A stretch of 24,326 nucleotides of DNA from a virus (IMGVR_UViG_3300020042_004847:1-24326); one strand, 5' to 3'; positions 1-7,199 are shown, counted from the stretch's first letter. A program made the numbers and translations. Notes: generated by a model not told the origin, from the letters alone.

Positions 1-2
1 TT

Positions 3-866
3 AAGCTACCAAAGGACGATTTAGTGCAGGACACGATTGAGCGCGTCCGCGAGGCAATGGACGGCGTGAAGGCCATCCCAGAAATTCAGAAGGACGAAAC
101 CCACGACGAGGATTTGCTGACGGTGTACCCCATTTTTGACGTGCATCTGGGGATGCGGGCAAACAAGAACGAGACGGGCGAGGCGTACAATACCGAGATC
201 GCCGCGCGGCGATTGGTGCGCGGGATCACAAACTGCATTGCGTCAGCGCCGTCATCAAAATTTGGTGTGATTCTCGTGGGCGGTGATTTTCTTCACCACA
301 ACGACAACACAAACATGACGCAGAGCGGCCACGCTCTAGACGTGGATACCAGAATTGACCAGACGATAGAGGCTGCCGTGGATGCGCTGGCGGCGGCCAT
401 AGAACTGGCCGCCACTAAGCATAACGCGGTTTTGGTATCTATAATCAAAGGCAACCACGACCGAGACGCATACGTTGCCGTCAGGATGGGGATGATCCAG
501 CGGTACAGGGAAAACCCGCGCATAGAGGTGCAGAAAAACTCGGGCGATTTTTTTATCATGGAATTTGGCTTGTGTCTGCTGGCCGCGCACCACGGCGACA
601 AGGCCAAGGCGGAGCGCCTCGTGATGCACTTGGCGAGCGAGTGGCCAGAAATGTGGGGCAGGACAAAATTTCGTTTTTACTTTATAGGCCACCTGCACCA
701 TGCTAAAATGCAAGACATCGGCGGGGTTCAGCTAGAACAATTGCGGCCTGTGACATCGCGCGACGCACACGCGGCGTCTAACGCATACGGGTCGCAATCG
801 CAGATGCAGGCCATTACGTTTCACAAACAGCGGGGCGAGATTAGCCGCATAAAAGTTTCGCTATGA
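3..866 (+). CDS. Calcineurin-like metallophosphoesterase, 5'-truncated by the window edge
   Basis: Motifs DxH (FDVHLG), GD (GGDFLH), GNHD, HHGD and GHLHH occur in canonical order. The frame is open from position 3, so GTG at 24 is probably not the true start. Confidence 0.85.
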   Translation, partial: KLPKDDLVQDTIERVREAMDGVKAIPEIQKDETHDEDLLTVYPIFDVHLGMRANKNETGEAYNTEIAARRLVRGITNCIASAPSSKFGVILVGGDFLHHNDNTNMTQSGHALDVDTRIDQTIEAAVDALAAAIELAATKHNAVLVSIIKGNHDRDAYVAVRMGMIQRYRENPRIEVQKNSGDFFIMEFGLCLLAAHHGDKAKAERLVMHLASEWPEMWGRTKFRFYFIGHLHHAKMQDIGGVQLEQLRPVTSRDAHAASNAYGSQSQMQAITFHKQRGEISRIKVSL

Positions 867-877
867 GTACGATGACG

Positions 878-949
878 TTAATTAAAATCGCAGTTGATCA
901 TGCCCTTGATCGGGGCGCGCTGTAGGAGGTCTGAGCCGTTGATGATCAT
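878..949 (-). pseudogene. N-terminal remnant (23 codons) of a probable dCTP deaminase gene
   Basis: ATG at 949 is coupled (ATGA) to the stop of 946..1134 and has an SD (GGAGGT). It reads MIINGSDLLQRAPIKGMI, recalled as the start of roseophage dCTP deaminases, then stops (NCDFN*) 11 nt from the convergent phosphoesterase stop. Confidence 0.5.
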
Positions 950-1134
950 TTTCCCACCTCCCACGGCGCGCGCCTTAGCGTGACGGGCATAGTACGAAAC
1001 TCCAGTGTATGCGTTGAAATCACTGGCACGTTGACCGTCCTGCGCGGGCCGCTGATCGCGTCTCTGATGGCATACATGCTTTGTTTGTCGCTCGCTGCCT
1101 TGCCCTCTGGCATCTTTTGTTTGCTTACTCTCAT
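946..1134 (-). CDS. Hypothetical small phage protein (62 aa)
   Basis: ATGA-coupled to neighbours on both sides. The C-terminal VTLRRAPWE motif is of a kind seen in alphaproteobacterial phage small proteins. Confidence 0.7.
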   Translation of the reverse strand: MRVSKQKMPEGKAASDKQSMYAIRDAISGPRRTVNVPVISTHTLEFRTMPVTLRRAPWEVGK

Positions 1135-1355
1135 TTAGGCCGCGCTTTCGGGAAGGGCGACACGCTGGGTGCGCCTGTACTGACGCAATGCACTCCGATA
1201 ACGTCCAGCCCCTGTGCCTCAAACACGTCACGCAGCGTGTTGATCTGCGCGCTGCATTCTGCGTATGACGGGAAAATCAGCGCCGCGCCCGGCGGCTCGC
1301 TTTCTAATGGCCCGCCCAGCGATAGGGCAAGTATAGTCCAAGTCGGGATACTCAT
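1131..1355 (-). CDS. Small possibly exported protein with two Cys (74 aa)
   Basis: Hydrophobic N-terminus, FPSYAEC...HC pattern and SPFPKARP tail. ATGA-coupled, SD AAGGAG. Confidence 0.7.
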   Translation of the reverse strand: MSIPTWTILALSLGGPLESEPPGAALIFPSYAECSAQINTLRDVFEAQGLDVIGVHCVSTGAPSVSPFPKARPK

Positions 1356-1678
1356 TTTGTCTCTCCTTTGATTTTTGCCAGCTTGGCTTCTAGATCATCA
1401 ATTTTTTTGTCGTGCCGCGCCTGCGTTTCTGCCTCGCGGGCGTATGCCGCAAGGCCAGTTAGATACAGCCCCTCCAGCAGGTATGCTGTCTCTCCAAAAA
1501 AGTTAACACCACCAAGCCCGTCATGATTTCCGTCCATGCTACGCAGTTTTTTAATTGCCTCCTCAATCGTCAGCGTTGTGCTGGTGTCTAAATCAGCAAT
1601 TAGTTCTGGTATTTTTTGTTTATCGTCCATCACCGCCATGTACTTGCGGCGCTTCTTCTTGTGGCTGTCTTGTGTCAT
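1352..1678 (-). CDS. Hypothetical protein (108 aa) with C-terminal coiled coil
   Basis: ATGA coupling at both ends, SD GAGG. Confidence 0.7.
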   Translation of the reverse strand: MTQDSHKKKRRKYMAVMDDKQKIPELIADLDTSTTLTIEEAIKKLRSMDGNHDGLGGVNFFGETAYLLEGLYLTGLAAYAREAETQARHDKKIDDLEAKLAKIKGETK

Positions 1679-1869
1679 TTTGTTTCCTCTCGTTTCACTC
1701 GGTAGACCTTGGAAAGCCCGAAGCTACGGGAGTTTACGTCAACCCACTCGCCATCCATCTCGTACATGATGATCCTGTAGCCAGCGTCACGCATGGTGCG
1801 GAACTCTGCTTGCTCATTGGGGGTGCAAAGGCCAAACGGGGCGACATTGGTATATACGTTTCGTTTCAT
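1675..1869 (-). CDS. Hypothetical protein (64 aa)
   Basis: ATGA coupling at both ends, SD GAGGAG. Confidence 0.7.
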   Translation of the reverse strand: MKRNVYTNVAPFGLCTPNEQAEFRTMRDAGYRIIMYEMDGEWVDVNSRSFGLSKVYRVKREETK

Positions 1870-2051
1870 TCTGTTTTCTCCTCGATACAGCGCAGGGCGA
1901 TGCCTGCCAGTAGCTGCAATTCAATTGCATTTTGTTCTGCTAATGTGCCGCGCGGTGCATCCATTACCATAATGTCTGCTTTGCGTTTGATGCGGCGCAA
2001 TGTAGCTAACAAAGTAATGTCTTCTGCTGCATTCTGTATTGCGTTAGTCAT
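1866..2051 (-). CDS. Hypothetical protein (61 aa)
   Basis: ATGA coupling at both ends, SD GAGGA. Confidence 0.7.
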   Translation of the reverse strand: MTNAIQNAAEDITLLATLRRIKRKADIMVMDAPRGTLAEQNAIELQLLAGIALRCIEEKTE

Positions 2052-2488
2052 GGTCTGTCCTCTATTTTTGATTTGTTAAGCACTTCATCAATTAATTGAA
2101 CAAGAAACTTGTTGTAATCAATGATCTCTTTGCCTCTGGCTTTACCAGTTTGAATTGTACTAACATCTCTTTGGAAAATTCTAGCAATTTGCGGGGTGCT
2201 AAAACCCATGTGCTTGTGCATTACATAGAACATGACGTTCCTCGCATCAGACACTATTGCGTTTCGATTTCTGCCTAACAAAACATCAATGCTTATTTCA
2301 GAAAGATTGGCAAACTCTTTTAGAAATACTTTGATATCATGATTGTTTTCTTTTCTGACTTCACAGAAAGGCTTAACAAGCTGTCGAAGCAAAGGCTTTT
2401 CTTCAATTGCTCGTCTATTATATTCTATTGCAATGTTTGTTCGCTTAGCGCTTAGCGCAAGCAACTTTGCATAATCTTCTTCTGTCAT
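2048..2488 (-). CDS. Stand-alone DnaA C-terminal (domain IV) helix-turn-helix protein
   Basis: LLGRNRNAIVSDARNVMFYVMHKHMGFSTPQIARIFQRDVSTI matches the Bac_DnaA_C pattern (R..R......AR..AMY......S...IG..F.RDHTTV). ATG at 2488 has SD GGAGG. Confidence 0.8.
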   Translation of the reverse strand: MTEEDYAKLLALSAKRTNIAIEYNRRAIEEKPLLRQLVKPFCEVRKENNHDIKVFLKEFANLSEISIDVLLGRNRNAIVSDARNVMFYVMHKHMGFSTPQIARIFQRDVSTIQTGKARGKEIIDYNKFLVQLIDEVLNKSKIEDRP

Positions 2489-2502
2489 AAATGCCTCCAA
2501 TT

Positions 2503-2531
2503 AAAAATGGTCAAGGAATTAACCTTGACCA
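2503..2531 (-). terminator. Intrinsic terminator downstream of the SSB-like gene
   Basis: Perfect 9-bp stem TGGTCAAGG-6 nt-CCTTGACCA (2508-2531) followed by TTTTT on the minus strand. Confidence 0.65.
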
Positions 2532-2557
2532 AAGTTTCACAGGGAGAACGCCCTATA

Positions 2558-2941
2558 TCACCACGGAATGTCGTCTTCTGCAACAGATGTTTTGCTTTCT
2601 TCAGCAGTTTCTTCTTTCTGTCGGGCATCGGAAATGGCAAGTGTCATGTATGGATTGCCATCTTTTACACGTTTCCACGCTGCCATTCGACGATCACTGA
2701 CAAAGCTTTTGATGGGCCCAGTGTAGTCGGGCGCATTCTCAGACTCTTTCTTTTCATTTACAAAAAGAGTTCCAGCTTTCTCATAAATCTCAATGATCTG
2801 CTTGCCTGACTTGGTTGCGTCTTTGATGAGAACAATCTTGCGTTCAGTTCCTTCATCATTGATCTTGCCTTGCAAGATAAGTTTTTGCGTATCAAATGGT
2901 TTGAACGCTGCGCCTTTGTCTGTGTTGTCGTATTCTGCCAT
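2558..2941 (-). CDS. Putative single-stranded DNA-binding protein (DUF736-like)
   Basis: Follows the exonuclease-annealase pair. Contains GTLFVNEKKESENAPDYTG and an acidic SSB-type tail EDDIPW. SD GAGGAG. Confidence 0.65.
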   Translation of the reverse strand: MAEYDNTDKGAAFKPFDTQKLILQGKINDEGTERKIVLIKDATKSGKQIIEIYEKAGTLFVNEKKESENAPDYTGPIKSFVSDRRMAAWKRVKDGNPYMTLAISDARQKEETAEESKTSVAEDDIPW

Positions 2942-2971
2942 GCTTTTGGCTCCTCTATGATTTGCTCCTAG

Positions 2972-3034
2972 ACGCAGACGGGCTAGGCCTCCGCTTCACT
3001 TCCTTACCGAAACACTCCAGCAAGAGTCCTGCGC
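2972..3034 (-). promoter_or_regulatory. Structured mRNA element in the annealase-SSB intergenic region
   Basis: On the mRNA strand, a 10-bp hairpin UCUUGCUGGA-GUGU-UUCGGUAAGG with four G-U pairs is enclosed by GCGCAG(G)AC/GUCUGCGU. Confidence 0.45.
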
Positions 3035-3047
3035 TGACATGAAGATC

Positions 3048-3509
3048 TTACCAACCATCTCCCTTGGAATCGTTGGATTTTGTATCGGCTGTGTACTTGT
3101 TACCGTCATACTCACCAAGGAATACATCAGCATTGAATCCAAGATGAGATAGACACTTGGTCAACGCATCAGTGATAGACATCTTTGGTGCGTCTTCGTT
3201 CATTCGAACTTTAACTGAGTCAAAGAACTTACGGCATCCAGCGAATGGCCCAAAGACATTGGTTTGATGGCCTGTCCACACCTCAACATATGACACAACA
3301 GCAGTGTCGCCATTCGATACATTGACAAACTCTGTCTTAGCACTCCATCCCCAATCAACACCAACAACACCAAAAGCTTTAGTCGCAGACATGACCTGAT
3401 ACTGTGGATCAATGGCTGTAAACTTACGAGCGCCGAGTGCAACTTGCTTTAGATATCGTGGATCTGATTTGCAAACTGCATTCCACAATTCCATATTCTT
3501 ATCGTCCAT
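3048..3509 (-). CDS. Rad52/Sak-like single-strand annealing protein
   Basis: FTAIDPQYQ...FGxxGxxWG...EDAPKMSITDALTKCLSHLGFNADVFLG pattern, adjacent to the exonuclease. ATG at 3509 has SD AAGGTG. Confidence 0.75.
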   Translation of the reverse strand: MDDKNMELWNAVCKSDPRYLKQVALGARKFTAIDPQYQVMSATKAFGVVGVDWGWSAKTEFVNVSNGDTAVVSYVEVWTGHQTNVFGPFAGCRKFFDSVKVRMNEDAPKMSITDALTKCLSHLGFNADVFLGEYDGNKYTADTKSNDSKGDGW

Positions 3510-3513
3510 GATA

Positions 3514-4278
3514 TCACCTTTCCGTGAACAGCAATGATCCACTCTTGGATCGTTTGATTGTTAGAAGATCGCAGTAAACTTCACGTTCATTCTCAGCGAC
3601 CATCTGCTTTAGGTTTGCCTTGGCTGTTTCAAAAGTCTTAGCGGCGGCTTTGTTTTGTTTGTATTCGTGGGCGTAGGAGATGAACTCGTTATCTGTACTG
3701 GCATCCCTTCTGACCATGTTGTCCACCTCAATCTTATCGAGACTGATTTTCGGCGTATCGACACCAACAGGCTCTTCATCCCGAAGAACGTAACCCCAGA
3801 AGTCCGACACCACTGCCCACATAGAATTGAAATACTCTTTGTTTCGGCGGACATAGACCGATTCCCATCTGTTGTTGCCAAAGATCACAGACAGATATGC
3901 GCCATCCGATTCTGCTAACTCACAATACAGTTGAAGCTGCGGCATATACCGTTCAATGATTGTATCCATGTTGCTCATTGCATTGGTATGCTTGGCCTCA
4001 ACAATAGAGTTTTGCCACATTGCATCGACCATGCCTTTGGCTGGCACAATGCCAATCTCACTGAAGATTGTTTTCTGATGACTGCTCAACAAGCAATCTC
4101 GTTGTTTCTCAAACCAGCCTAAGTTAAAACCTTCAGTGTGAACGCCAAGCTGAACCGCAATGTTGTCAGACAGATCGTCTGATTCAATACGCCCAGTCTT
4201 GATCTGCCATAGTTCAAGCCATTCTCCCTGCATAATTTTTACGCAGTCAGATCCACCGATGAAACCTTTTCGTTCCAT
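3514..4278 (-). CDS. YqaJ / lambda-exonuclease family recombination nuclease
   Basis: RKGFIGGSD, LWQIKTG, G..tE, VDA...IVEAKH and PQLQLY motifs. SD GGAGG. Confidence 0.9.
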   Translation of the reverse strand: MERKGFIGGSDCVKIMQGEWLELWQIKTGRIESDDLSDNIAVQLGVHTEGFNLGWFEKQRDCLLSSHQKTIFSEIGIVPAKGMVDAMWQNSIVEAKHTNAMSNMDTIIERYMPQLQLYCELAESDGAYLSVIFGNNRWESVYVRRNKEYFNSMWAVVSDFWGYVLRDEEPVGVDTPKISLDKIEVDNMVRRDASTDNEFISYAHEYKQNKAAAKTFETAKANLKQMVAENEREVYCDLLTIKRSKSGSLLFTER

Positions 4279-4305
4279 ATTGTCCTCCAGTGTTTGTTTG
4301 TTGGT

Positions 4306-4334
4306 ATGTTACTGCTTATGCGCAGCTATGTAAA
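4306..4334 (-). promoter_or_regulatory. Sigma70-type promoter of the recombination operon with a palindromic operator in the spacer
   Basis: TTTACA(4334-4329)-17 nt-TAACAT(4311-4306). The spacer contains CTGC-N6-GCAG (4312-4325). Confidence 0.65.
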
Positions 4335-4779
4335 CATCATACGGTTCAAGATCACTTTCATTTACATGACATAAAAGCTGTTGTCGTTTACCTCCTTTTA
4401 GCCAAGACTCAGGTATCGATTCGCCAGCCTTTACGCGCTTAACTGCAGCCATGAGTGGGTCTATGCGCCAGCTATTGTTAGACGCGCTGTGCGTTGATAT
4501 TTGCCCACTCTGCGTCAATGTTCTGACTGCATCGACAAACTCCTTTGCTGTTGGAAGCGTTCGGCTTTTGGCGGATCGTGAAACCTCTTTGGTGATTGAG
4601 GCCAAGAGGTTTCCGATCCGCTCACTTGTAAGGGGCGATGGAAGGTTGCTGTTGATTGCATCAATCACATCCATTGCCGCAACTTTTGCATCGACATCAC
4701 GAGGCATATTGAATCGGATGGTTATGTCCGATTGAAACCAAGTCTTGATGCGAGCAATCCGTTCATCATAGTTCAACAT
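4309..4779 (-). CDS. Hypothetical protein following the initiator (possible helicase loader / replication accessory)
   Basis: ATG at 4779 with SD GGAG. It lies directly after the O-like gene and contains RTLPTAKEF, similar to FPxxAE motifs of loader-like proteins. Function is inferred from position only. Confidence 0.6.
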   Translation of the reverse strand: MLNYDERIARIKTWFQSDITIRFNMPRDVDAKVAAMDVIDAINSNLPSPLTSERIGNLLASITKEVSRSAKSRTLPTAKEFVDAVRTLTQSGQISTHSASNNSWRIDPLMAAVKRVKAGESIPESWLKGGKRQQLLCHVNESDLEPYDVYIAAHKQ

Positions 4780-5422
4780 TACTCCACCCTGATGTTGGCC
4801 TAGTTTCCTCTGTCGCAAGGTCATCTTCCCACCGCTCAGTATTTAACCATGTTGTGGGATGCGGGATGAATTTTTGTTCGATCTTCATCTCAGTGCAGTG
4901 TGCTGCATAAGCGATTGCTGCTTGAACAATTGCATTGCCATCAGCAAAGCTAAGAGATCTGGCAAACGCAATGCGGGCTGCACCCTTACCGATGCGGCGA
5001 GGGTATGCCTGCCAGAAAGCAAGGAACAGTGGGGTATCCATAGGTCGTGCCAGATTGGCACGATAAGATGTATTCTCCTTCTTCTTCTTAGTATCTAAGT
5101 ATATAACACCTTCGTGTGCCAAATTGGCACGGGTATCTTCAGTCATCTCTTCCTCCATACTGATGATGATGTAGAAATTGGACGTTCCGTGACGATGCCT
5201 GACCCGAATCAATCCTTCTTTCTCCAGCCATTGTATCGCCCTTACCACTGTACGCACAGCAATACCGCTACCATCAGAGAGTGTTTCTCTAGATGGAAAA
5301 CATTCACCGCTTGAGTTACTGTAACGTGCGATCTCTAGCAGGACGATCTTAGCTATTGGGTTTGGGATGTAAGTTAAGGCAATGTCAGCGAGAAGATCAT
5401 AGGGGATCAATCTCTGCTTCAA
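4766..5422 (-). CDS. Replication initiator, lambda-O-like with N-terminal winged HTH (HTH_36)
   Basis: N-domain CFPSRETLSDGSGIAVRTVVRAIQWLEKEGLI and C-domain FLAFWQAYPRRIGK...FIPHPTTWLNTERWED. TTG start with SD GGAGGAG. Confidence 0.85.
   Translation of the reverse strand: MKQRLIPYDLLADIALTYIPNPIAKIVLLEIARYSNSSGECFPSRETLSDGSGIAVRTVVRAIQWLEKEGLIRVRHRHGTSNFYIIISMEEEMTEDTRANLAHEGVIYLDTKKKKENTSYRANLARPMDTPLFLAFWQAYPRRIGKGAARIAFARSLSFADGNAIVQAAIAYAAHCTEMKIEQKFIPHPTTWLNTERWEDDLATEETRPTSGWSNVEL
5045..5131. repeat. Candidate replication origin: two palindromic iterons flanking an AT/pyrimidine-rich spacer
   Basis: TCGTGCCAGATTGGCACGA (5045-5063) and GTGCCAAATTGGCACG (5116-5131) lie in the inter-domain linker of the initiator, the position of ori in lambdoid O genes. 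Confidence 0.65.
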
Positions 5423-5693
5423 TTGTCATCTCTCCTCCGCAGGCAGCATAGCCAGCGATATCAATCCAATTGTCAGCGTGACGTGGATTGTTCCATGCCC
5501 TTACTGTCTTGAGATCAATCATCATAATTGCAACTTGATGTGATGAAATTATAAACCCAAGACGGGCTGACCAAAGTTCTGCGATCTGATCAAAGTTACG
5601 CTCAGCATCGCCATGTGTTTTGGCGCGATCTGTTGTAACATATTGTTTTGCTTTGTCGAGAATCATGTCTCGGCTCATACTCCAAAGCTTCAT
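5397..5693 (-). CDS. DUF6378-like phage protein
   Basis: ILDKAKQYVTTDRAKTHGDAERNFDQIAELWS...DNWIDIAGYAACGGE. The start may be 5678. Confidence 0.8.
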   Translation of the reverse strand: MKLWSMSRDMILDKAKQYVTTDRAKTHGDAERNFDQIAELWSARLGFIISSHQVAIMMIDLKTVRAWNNPRHADNWIDIAGYAACGGEMTIEAEIDPL

Positions 5694-5965
5694 GCTGCTA
5701 CTCCTATCTGTGTTGGTTCAGTTTGTTTGTGTTCAGTGCGATGAACAGGCCACCACAATTTATCTTGTACCAAGCTGTAGTGACCAACACGTTTGCCATT
5801 CTCCAGTTCTTTGGTTTCACAATGGATCGGCCAGCCCTGATCTTTGAGTTCATAAATGCGAGCCGATAATCTGAAACATCCAAACAGTTTTAGTGCATCA
5901 ATAGGGGTCAGTGTAATCCCACTCTTCAAGTGAGTCAGTATTTGTATCCTCTGTGATTCGCTCAT
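5690..5965 (-). CDS. Winged helix-turn-helix protein (HTH_39-like)
   Basis: SQRIQILTHLKSGITLTPIDALKLFGCFRLSARIYELKDQGWPI. ATG at 5965 has SD GGAG. Confidence 0.8.
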   Translation of the reverse strand: MSESQRIQILTHLKSGITLTPIDALKLFGCFRLSARIYELKDQGWPIHCETKELENGKRVGHYSLVQDKLWWPVHRTEHKQTEPTQIGVAA

Positions 5966-6281
5966 TTGATTTCTCCATGAGTTGTTGAAAGGTTTCTCCA
6001 GACATAACCACAACCATCTGCGGAGTTCCGCTCCGTCTTTTATAAAATGCAATGTCTCTCTGATCTAAAACAGAGAAAGGGCTTGGGAATCCAGACAGGT
6101 CGCGATACTTAACTTCGCCTACCAGTCTGTGTCCCAAGAGTTTGAGGACGATATCGCCTCTGTATTCACCGCCGAGCGCGCCTGAGAGAGGCTGTCGCTT
6201 GACTTGGATGCCGAGTTTCTTGAGCCATTCGACAACCCACTTTTCATGGTAAGTGCCTTTTGATTTATTTTTGTTCGGCAT
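5898..6281 (-). CDS. Holliday junction resolvase, Hjc-like PD-(D/E)XK nuclease
   Basis: KSKGTYHE...RQPLSGALGG..GDI...GEVKYR. SD GAGG. Confidence 0.8.
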   Translation of the reverse strand: MPNKNKSKGTYHEKWVVEWLKKLGIQVKRQPLSGALGGEYRGDIVLKLLGHRLVGEVKYRDLSGFPSPFSVLDQRDIAFYKRRSGTPQMVVVMSGETFQQLMEKSNERITEDTNTDSLEEWDYTDPY

Positions 6282-6424
6282 TCTGGCGCCTCATAGCATG
6301 GGATGCAGATGTAAGTATGCGCATTATCAGATAATAAAACGGCTACAAAATGTTCAACGCTTTTGTTGCAGTGGTCACACTTTATCCAAGCGTTTCTTAA
6401 CTTCGATTTCGTAGTCGAGCGCAT
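6119..6424 (-). CDS. Possible zinc-finger protein (CDHC...CIPC) overlapping both neighbours
   Basis: The CxxC-x20-CxxC segment fills the gap between the XRE stop and the resolvase start. No clear SD. Confidence 0.4.
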   Translation of the reverse strand: MRSTTKSKLRNAWIKCDHCNKSVEHFVAVLLSDNAHTYICIPCYEAPECRTKINQKALTMKSGLSNGSRNSASKSSDSLSQARSAVNTEAISSSNSWDTDW

Positions 6425-6629
6425 CAAGCCAACACATTAGCATGAATCCAGAAGGAATTCGTTTGTTGGTTTCCCACTTGTGGATCAATGACACTGTGCA
6501 TCCGATGATATCAGCTAGTACTTCTTGACTTAAACCGCGCTCTGATCGTGCGGTTATTAACCTTTGCACCAGATTTTCGTAGTGCTTCGGAATAAGCACG
6601 GGCTTGTTGAAGTGTGTGAAGTTTTTCAA
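6375..6629 (-). CDS. XRE-family HTH transcriptional regulator
   Basis: LITARSERGLSQEVLADIIGCTVSLIHKWETNKRIPS is a canonical HTH_3. TTG start. Confidence 0.85.
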   Translation of the reverse strand: MKNFTHFNKPVLIPKHYENLVQRLITARSERGLSQEVLADIIGCTVSLIHKWETNKRIPSGFMLMCWLDALDYEIEVKKRLDKV

Positions 6630-6792
6630 TTGCTTTCATCACCTTAGCTGATGTTTCGTGACGAAGTTCTGTCGTTTGATTTATAGTCCTATAGTATGTT
6701 GATGTTGGAATATCTGCTTCTTTGAAAGCAGTGAGAAGTGAGAGGCCGCATTCATCGGCCTTCTCTGTGAGCAAGGTAAGATATGATTTCAT
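6511..6792 (-). CDS. Cro-like HTH regulator, probably leaderless
   Basis: LLTAFKEADIPTSTYYRTINQTTELRHET is HTH-like. ATG at 6792 has no SD and lies 7 nt after a -10 box. Confidence 0.7.
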   Translation of the reverse strand: MKSYLTLLTEKADECGLSLLTAFKEADIPTSTYYRTINQTTELRHETSAKVMKAIEKLHTLQQARAYSEALRKSGAKVNNRTIRARFKSRSTS

Positions 6793-6794
6793 GC

Positions 6795-6828
6795 GCTGCA
6801 CAATTGCAGCAACCCAATCCTTAGTCAA
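6795..6828 (-). promoter_or_regulatory. Promoter with overlapping palindromic operator for the Cro/XRE/replication operon
   Basis: TTGACT(6828-6823)-17 nt-AATTGT(6805-6800). The palindrome GCTGCA-N4-TGCAGC (6795-6810) covers the -10. Confidence 0.6.
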
Positions 6829-7003
6829 GATCTTCTGGATCTTCTTCAACCAAACCTACGCCATTGCATAGGTCGCACCTATGCCATGCTGCATACTCTT
6901 CACCAACATCTCTGTTGAATGATGCGTATTTGTAGTATCCAATCTCGATTTCACCCTGACCATTACAGTCAGGGCAAACGTGTCTAGTAGGGTATTTCGT
7001 CAT
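6821..7003 (-). CDS. Small DnaJ-type zinc-finger protein
   Basis: Two CxxCxGxG repeats (CPDCNGQG, CDLCNGVG). Start uncertain. Confidence 0.75.
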   Translation of the reverse strand: MTKYPTRHVCPDCNGQGEIEIGYYKYASFNRDVGEEYAAWHRCDLCNGVGLVEEDPEDLD

Positions 7004-7199
7004 CGATTGCTTTGATTTCGAATCGGTCTGCATTTGCAGTCTCCCATGCTTTGGTTGCTCGAGCGATGAACTTCTCGCGATTGAATTTTGGGTTTGTCTC
7101 TTGCAGTTGATCTGCTATCTCATGCAGATCGCTCGGCCAGCCCACTAATGGGCCGACCTTTTCTGCAATGAAATCAAAGTGTTGCTTACTCATTCGCAT
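6984..7199 (-). CDS. Hypothetical early protein (71 aa) with SSB-like acidic tail
   Basis: SKQHFDFIA...NPKFNREKF pattern, ending DDEIPY. SD GAGGA. Confidence 0.75.
   Translation of the reverse strand: MRMSKQHFDFIAEKVGPLVGWPSDLHEIADQLQETNPKFNREKFIARATKAWETANADRFEIKAIDDEIPY

Noticed and set aside
878-1231. 117-aa minus-strand ORF
   Set aside because: It overlaps two coupled genes out of frame. Only its last 23 codons have a proper start and they are treated as a remnant.
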